Source of the DNA: Enoplolaimus lenunculus | Lineage: Eukaryota | Direction: 5' to 3' | Length of the DNA: 20,000 bases | Assembly (NCBI GenBank): GCA_030248215.1 | Contig: JASANG010002574.1 | Span: 420,430 to 440,429 of the forward strand | Part shown: piece by piece, positions 1 through 8,000 of the stretch | Layout of the letters: every line of letters begins with the position of its first letter | Numbering within the stretch: position 1 is the first letter of the stretch | Program-made: the position numbers and the translations under genes | The notes under the pieces: model-generated | What the model saw: only the letters and a program-made list of their open reading frames with translations | Database searches by the model: none | What the model was told of the DNA's origin: nothing

Positions 1-361
1 AATTAAATATCTATGAAGAAACTGGAACAGGAACAGTAACCGCAATTGGAAATAGTTTTTATCACCGAATTGCTGCTGAACTTTTCACAATCCTTACCAA
101 AAAATGGTTTAAGCGAATTTTGAGCTATTTCATCATAAAGTTTTCCGAGGCCACATCAGATTTTTAATCCAACCGTTTAGTAACAAAGCATTGAACTAAT
201 TGCAAAAACACTCATTTAGAAATAAAATTCTTTGAAGACAATGAATAAATTGCACAAAACCGTAAAAACTCCCGTTCCTGCATCTTTGAACGGAGGTACA
301 GGAACAGGAATTGAATTTTTGCATGAATTCCGGCCGGTAGAGGAATCCCGGTTGAACACTG
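1..361 (-). mobile_element. MITE family B copy (CAGGGTTCAACCGGAATT-type end), in ARF intron 1
   Basis: Reverse complement begins CAGTGTTCAACCGGGATTCC...AAAATTCAATTCCTGTT...GATGCAGGAAC; same motif order at 5317 and ~3620. Confidence 0.65.
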
Positions 362-450
362 GCATATATAAATCTATATAATTGCCGTAATAACGCTAAA
401 ATGATAAAGCAAAATATAAGTACAGCTACTGTTGGCATGCGTAATCATAC

Positions 451-544
451 CTGCGTTGTCTATCCCCACCATTAATATGCGAGCCGGATCGTCAGAAAAT
501 CCAGAAAAAATATTTGCAAAAAGTTTTGACAAATAATATCCCAT
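451..544 (-). CDS. First coding exon of an ARF/ARL-family small GTPase; rest of the gene lies left of the window
   Basis: Translates MGYYLSKLFANIFSGFSDDPARILMVGIDNA-G: N-terminal MG myristoylation-type start, amphipathic helix, and RILMVGxDNAG start of the ARF P-loop (cf. RILMVGLDAAGKT). Ends at a phase-1 GTATGA donor at 450. Confidence 0.85.
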
Positions 545-619
545 ACTTAAAACACTCAAACAATTTGCACTTACAAGAACGATTCTGAACATAATGACGG
601 CCATATCGTTTGTGCTGTC

Positions 620-673
620 TTTTATATCAACACTGATGTGGCGTTACGTCATTGAGTTACTAATGTTACGTGA
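620..673 (-). promoter_or_regulatory. Candidate core promoter of the ARF-like gene: TATAAAA plus CRE/ATF-like sites
   Basis: TATAAAA on - strand at 620..626, ~76 nt upstream of the ATG; TTACGTCA at 644..651 and TTACGTGA at 666..673. Motif match only. Confidence 0.3.
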
Positions 674-876
674 ACGTGATATGTGACAACTCGCAATGTT
701 CCAACTTGGCAGTTTTGGCTGTAACTTCGAAACGGTATAAACAACACTAGCTTAGTAATATCACTACTTTTAAATAATGTGTTCAAATCAGTGTAGAGCG
801 ACGTTGGAACATGTTTGTCTTGTCCTGTTTCTGCATCACTTTCGAGTTTCGGTACTGCGGAGTTCGATAGTTTGAA

Positions 877-1030
877 AACGTACCGTTAACTATGATAATT
901 TTTACGCGCATCTGAGAACACATCCCTCAGGCTGAACTAGTCAAAACGTCGCTAACGTACCGTTAACTATGATAATTTGTACGCGCATCTGAGAACACAT
1001 CCCTCAGGCTGAACTAATCAAAACGTCGCT
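877..1030. repeat. Tandem duplication, 2 x 77 bp
   Basis: 877..953 and 954..1030 differ at only 2 positions. Confidence 0.95.
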
Positions 1031-1704
1031 ACGAATATCTGGCTGATTGGTATAATTTTTGAGGCTCTAGTCATGACTTTATATAATAAAAGATAAAATT
1101 GTGTTGAAGAAATTTGTTTACTTTAAATCTGAGGTCGACTGTTAAGTTCCCATATTCTTAAATGTGTATAACAACTATCATCAGCTAGTGATATTGGCTC
1201 GGTAGCGAAAGAACCAAAGTAAAAAACCGGTTTTTTCAAAAACATTCACTTTTAATCGAAACTTTTATAGGACATTATCACCAACTTGTTATAGTGCTAC
1301 TGACACACAATACAGAATATTGCTCTAAGTGTATAACAAACACGAACAATGTGCAAAATTTTAAACCTCACTATGTTCTGGTTTCAAAGCTACAGCACCT
1401 ATCTCCAACTAGAAATAGGAGCTACTCATATTTGAGAACACGGGGTTTTGTTTCTTTATGCTGCAAACGCACAGTCTGTTATTTTAAGCGATGACTTAGC
1501 TACGCTATTTGTTCGTTTTCTACGACGGTAACTTGATATGTTAGGCTGTGCGATGTTTTTAACTTGAAGCAGTAGCAGTTGCCTAAAGTCTCGTTTACAG
1601 TTGCAGAAAGGTGGCAACCGTGCGATTATGATATAAACATTTGTGCTATTCAACTTCGCCTTTCTTACGCCAGGGATCGACGGGATATTACTTTTACTGC
1701 AACT

Positions 1705-1905
1705 CGTTCAAGCGACGTTTTTGAGTATTGTTGCACGCCAACAGACGCCATAAATCAATATTACACTTGTTAATACAAATTATCCTTATAATCACATATT
1801 TTGTAGTTACGATTCCGGTATAAATTGGCTGTTACGATTCCGATTCCGGTATAAATTTGCTGTTCCGGTTCCGATTCCTGCATAATCCAGTTCGCTTTGC
1901 ACCCC
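1705..1905 (+). mobile_element. Degenerate MITE (family E) right part
   Basis: GTTCAAGCGACGTTTTTGA...AATCAATATTA...TAATCCAGTT..GCTTTGCACC shared with 8584..8670; GATTCCGG subterminal repeats. Confidence 0.55.
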
Positions 1906-2005
1906 GATACGTATATATACTTACGTGGCTGGTTTGTATGCAATATATTATAACATACTTATATACCTACATTGTCCTATTGTCTAGCGAATATACAATC
2001 GATAC

Positions 2006-2023
2006 ATGATGCCTGTGAGTTCG
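2006..2023 (+). CDS. Paralog 1 exon 1 (MMPVSS; or MMP using the donor at 2015)
   Basis: ATG ATG CCT GTG AGT TCG|GTAAGT, phase 0, matching the exon 2 acceptor; mirrors the short MP- exon 1 of paralog 2. Confidence 0.6.
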
Positions 2024-5000
2024 GTAAGTACAGATTTGTGTAAAATTCTTAGATTTTGTGGCTACAGTGAATCTCACGAATGTTGTCAACTCAGCACCAA
2101 ATGTTATTGAGCGAAGGGAAACTCTGAGCGACGCTTGGAGTTTCGCGAAGCGTTTTAAGTTTTGTACTTTGGGGTCGAAAGTTTGTTGTCCGTCTGTCCG
2201 TCCTGAACCGATTTTGATAAACTTTTTTTGTTTGAAAGCCAATTATCCTGGGTCTTAACCTCGCATTGGCGTTTTAGAATTTTAAGCGGTTTATTAGCTA
2301 CGTACAAAGCCTATATTAGGTCTTTCTATATTATTTCATTAATTATTACAGTTACAAGCAATCTAATTTCAGCATTAAAGGGTTTTTGGATGCAAGGAAT
2401 CTGAATAGACTGTTTACAAACCTCCAAGACCGATAATTGAGTAGTTAAATAATAGATAGATCGCATATTAGCATAGTTTATAAGCTTAAATGAGACTTTT
2501 TACAATATTTCCCTAGTTATTAAGGTTATCAGCAATCTAATTTCAGCACTAAAGGGTTTTTAGGTGCGTAGAATTTGAATAAATTACTCACAAACCTCCA
2601 AAACCGATAATTTAATAGTTAGCTAATAACTAACTTGCATATTACCTTAATAGCGTACGTGTGTTCGAGCTTCGCTCAATAAATCTAGTCCCATAAGACT
2701 GGTATATTTTTTGTTTCGTGTACGTATTACGTATTACAGACGCAACCGGAATTACTATTTACCGGAACCGCGACCGGAATCAGAAAAAATTACCGGAAAT
2801 AGAACCGGAACCGGAATTTGAAAAATACATGCCACCGAAAAATTTATTTTAATTTTCCTTTTTGCGATATTTTTTGTGAAATAACCCTAGTTGAAGATAG
2901 GTATTCACTTTAACTGCTGTATATTTTATATTTTTATTATCCACGGAAGTCAAATCTACCTTCCATGGTTTATTATATATACTATACTAATGAAATTGTT
3001 TAATTTTTATCGTAATTTTTTAGTAAATATCTTAATTTCCACCGACCAAATTTTAATACCGATAAAAATTAACCGCAATCGGAACCGGATTACGTTCTAT
3101 ACATTGTCACATGGTGCAATCGGAATTAGAATTTACCGGAGCCGGAACCAAATTTTAACTGGAGCCGGAACCAGAAGGTGAAAAAATGCCGGAACCGGAA
3201 TTCCGCTGCACCCTGATTGTTTGGGATAAAGGGTAGGCATGTCTATTGTATGCCTATATATAAATGTTGGTTATGCTGCCATGTGATTATTCTGCAACTA
3301 TTCCAAATATTTCAGAAATTCACTCCCGATCCAGATAAGATGACCAAGATTTTTGTTGGTGGATTGTCTTTAGATACAACTGAAGATACATTTCGCGAGT
3401 TTTACTCAACTTATGGCAACATCACAGGTAGGAAGGGGGTAATTTTCAAATGAACTAGAAAGACACAGCCGGGATGCCACTGGGCAGTTTTCACCTTAGA
3501 GTTCAGGCAGCAGTACGTAGCTGCATTTCGCAGGAAGCAGGAACACGAACAATTGATGTGTTCCCAGTACAAATTTCTGTTTTGTACGTATTGGTTTGAA
3601 AAAATGATTCGATCACTGTTCGTTCAACTGGAATTCGTCCTGAAATTCAATTCCTGCTCCTGTTACGGCGGTGAAAGGCGCAGGAACCGAAATTTTTACG
3701 GTTTTATAACAAATTAGGAATAATGAGTTTCACAAGTTATGTTCATTTACAGATTCAGCATTTTTTGAAGAATTTGACAACATACGCAAAACAGTCGATG
3801 AACAACATATTTTATTTTTAACTATATTCAGTTTAGCAGGAATTCGGTAGTGCAATACTAGATTCATAATTCCTGTTCCGGTGAAAAAATGAATTCCTGT
3901 TCCTGATTCCTGTTAATCTGAAATACAGTTCCTGATAGAACCCTGCCTAACTGGGTGTGTAAAACTACTATGTATGAAAATACTTCTCGAGCGAGAAGCT
4001 ATATACATACACGTCAATTTACATCTCGTTTCTATGTCATAGATGGGGATCTAGACCAGGATACTACCGGAGGATACTAATTTAAGAAAGACCAGGACCG
4101 GAGCTGGATAGTGCATAGTATAAAGCACATGTAAACATTTATAACACAACACACGTATGACAAAATAAACAATGTAGAAGTATATAATTCAACCGAAGTC
4201 AATTAGGTCTATTTTTGAAGTTTTTAATTAATACATCCGGCAAGTTAGAATACCTGAACCGGATGTTAATTTTTTGCCTGAGCCGGATGTCGATTTTTGC
4301 TGATGCCGGAGCCGGATATCCGGTCGCACTCTGTGTGGTATATATACCTACTTCTTTTTCAGACATTGTTATTATGCGCGATGCAGAGACGCAACGTTCT
4401 CGCGGGTTCGGTTTCGTAACATTTGGCGATCCACAATCAGTTGACGCTGCAATGGGTAGTCGCCCGCATACAATCGACGGGAAACAAGTCGATCCGAAAC
4501 GAGCCATGCCGAGAGAGGTTACTTTAACTTAAAACACAAATACGAATCAAATAACAGACTGTATTAATGTCCTTTAGGTTTTTAGTGTATTCGGGGTTCC
4601 AACAGGAACTAAGTCTTCAGGTTTCAATAAGAACTAAACTTTGCCGAAACATGAGCGGCAACAGGGATTGAATTTCTTTGCAGATATATCAGTGTGCAAT
4701 CGGAATTACAATTTTCCGGAACCGGAATTGAAAAAATGACCAAAAACGGAACCGGAACCGGAAAATGAAAAATACTTGCCGCCGAAAAATTCATTTTAAT
4801 TTTATTTTTTGCAATATTTCTGAAATAACCCTAGTTGGAGATAGGTATTCACTTTATCTGCTGTATTTTAGATTTTTATAATCCACGGAAGCGAAATGTT
4901 ATTGTCAAGGTGTGCATATATACTATATAATAATGAAATCTACTTAATTTTTATCGACATTTTATAGCAAAATATCTTAGTTTCACCAAATTTTAATCCC

Positions 5001-8000
5001 GGAATTTATCTGCTGTATTTTAGATTTTTATAATCCACGGAAGCGAAATGTTATTGTCAAGGTGTGCATATATACTATATATAATAATGAAATCTACTTA
5101 ATTTTTATCGACATTTTATAGCAAAATATCTTAGTTTCACCAAATTTTAATCCCGGAATTTTTAATCCCGGTAAAAATTTACCGTATTAGAAAGGATGAA
5201 AATTATCGGAACCGGAATTCCGGGTGCACTCTGATATATATATTATTATATATATATATTATATATATAATATATAATATAATATATATATTATATATAT
5301 ACATATATATATATATCAGGGTTCAACCGGAATTTCTGTTCCGGCTGCAATTCCTGCAAAAATTCAATTCCTGTTCTGCATTCAATGATGCAGGAACCGG
5401 AATTCTTACGGTTTTGAGGTAAATGGTCCGTAAACAACATTAAAACATTGGAAACTTTGTCATTAAAAATTGTTATTTCGACTTGAGTATTTTTGCAGTT
5501 ACATCAGTTTTGTTAATAAATAAACTGTTTCTGATGTGTTTTCGCAAAACTTGATGATTAAGCCATTTTTTGGCATGAACTATATAAGTATTGATATTCG
5601 TTTTGTTTTCAGCTCTCTGGGTCTGCCGAAGCTAATATCCAAGTGAAGAAGCTTTATATTGGTGGAATTCAAGAAGATCATACTGAGGATATTTTAAGGG
5701 ATCATTTTTCACAGTATGGCGAGGTATGTAATGCTACAGCATTTGTATTGAAGTCAGGATTCAACCGCAGATATATTATAATTCCGGTTGCAATTTTTTA
5801 ATTCCGTCTCTTCACTGTCCAGTTCCGGTGTTTTCAAGCAGTATATATATAAGTGTGAAACGCCTTGTGCTTGTAGTGATATTTTATGCCAATTTTACCG
5901 TGATGGTCTGTAAAATCCGGTATTAATCTCTTCCCTGTCCTGTTTCCAGTATTTTTGAAATTTCCATCCTGATTGATGTTCATGCGTTTTTCCGCATTTT
6001 TTGCAAAGAATCCGGTCTGGTGTTTGATTATATGATCAATACAATAAGCAATGCTGCAATACATATGCTAAATGTTTTGGCTCTACATCTTCGCTTGGTC
6101 GGTCGGTAATATACGAGCTTTTCTTTTTTAGTTTGTATGCAGCAAAATTAGTATATAAGTATATTATATTCGTAATTACAAATAAGGCTGGAGAATCTAG
6201 CACTGCTAAATTCCTTTTTTTGTAATTAATAAAGCGCCAGTTCGTTAATTACTTACGTTCTTATCTCATACTGCACTGCATATAACTTTATAATTTGCTC
6301 TGTTTCTCTATATTGCTCACTCTAGGTAACTGAAGTAAATTTGGTATCTGATAAAGAAACTGGTAAAAGGCGAGGATTTGGCTTCGTAACGTTTACCGAC
6401 TTTGATCCAGTAGACAAATGTCGGTGTAGGTAGTTTTCAATCATACTGTGGACAGAATTTTTTCGCGGCAAGTTGATTTGGCGCCTACGATGTTGCTATT
6501 TGTGGAAACAAACACTATTTGCTTTATACAAGCGCCAGTTTATTTTGTGTCTTGAGTATCATGAAAAACACCATCTATCTTCAATTGTTCGTTCTTACTT
6601 AGTGCGTAAGCTCTGCTTGAAATTTTGAAATCCATGATCACACACGATGGTAAACTGGTTGATGTATAAAGCACGACAGGTGCAATCAGGTTTAGTAGCT
6701 TGTTCTGGTTATTTGGTAGGTTGGTTTTGAATTAATTATTCGTTTTATTTTTTCAATTCCGGTGAATATATTAGTAAAACATCAGAATTGCTATTAAAAC
6801 AAGAATTTCTTGATGGTCCCTATTGCTATAGTAGTATAGTAGACTTTTGGGATCGACATTTAAACGACACGCAGAGCCCTGTTATGAACTTGGGAAGAAT
6901 GTTATTGTCTGTGGTTGCACCTGTCAACACTGACTTGATTAAATGTTATAGGTCATAAAGCGTAGTTAAGACGTTACAATTTGCTTGATAGGTAGATTAT
7001 AGGTAATGTTGATTTGGCGCGTACACTCATAGTATAGTCAGTGCAGTGCAATAGTTTGTAAGTACCTAGCGGATACGTACATGCTACATAGAATACGAAA
7101 ATATGGGTAGGTGTTGACCAATAACAAAATAAATATAATTTTTGCATTAATATATTTAGAAACATATACTTTTAGTGATACAGCAACATAATATTGGCGG
7201 CCACACGTGTGAAGTCAAGAAAGCAATGTCGCGACAAGAAGAACAAGCGGCTGCGCAACGCGTCCGCGATCGAGATTCGCGCGAAGGGAGGCGTGGAGGA
7301 GGCCCGCGTGGAGGTCGGGGTGGTATGAGGGGCGGCGGAGGGTTCGATGGAGGCTGGGGTGGCGGGGGCGGCTATGGTTTTGGAGGAGGTCCACCGCCTA
7401 TGATGGGCGGGGGTGGTAACGGCTACTATGATGGAGGAGGATTTGGTGGTGGCGGTTGGGGTAACGATGGTGGCGCTGGTAGAGGAGGTCGTGGCGGTGG
7501 CCGAGGAGCTGGTATGAGGGGAGCGCCAGGTGGCAGAGGTGGTGGACGTGGTGGCGGCGGAAGAGGAGGTCGTGGTGGCGGCGGAAGAGGACGAGGAGGT
7601 ATGTAACAAACTATACTAGATCGATATGTAGTAATATTTATTCGTATTCACAGAAAATTGTAGTCGACAGATAAAATTTACGTGGATTGTTCTACATGTA
7701 CTGCACTAACTTATCAGCTAAAAATATGGCAGCATTCTCCAGCTCATAGGTATATACTGTAGCACCGCTTTTATATTTCCCATAGCAAAGTTTTCCTAAA
7801 GGGCTTTGCAAATAAACCCAACAGAAATAAAAGACATGCTGTGGCTGCGTTCCCTGTTAAGTCAAGCAGCTTATAAGCTTATGACACTGTAGTGAAATGA
7901 AAAATTCAAATTAACAATAGTTGTAAATCAGTGAACATATTATCCGTGGTTGATGCTTAATGAGCTTACTAACAATTAGCTTGTAGTTAGCTTAATATGA

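Noticed and set aside
545..604. N-terminal extension MAVIMFR... of the ARF ORF
   Set aside because: ARF proteins start at Met-Gly for myristoylation, so ATG 544 is preferred; upstream ATGs are probably outside the mature mRNA or unused
1967..2258. Overlapping ORFs 1967..2242(-) and 2058..2258(+)
   Set aside because: No recognisable domain; they overlap intron 1 and a HINE-like remnant
7172..7609. 145-aa S/T/A/P-rich ORF on the - strand
   Set aside because: Antisense shadow of the Gly/Arg codons of exon 6; the same applies to 4199..4507, 9286..9477, 14612..14827, 17803..18012 and 18662..18919
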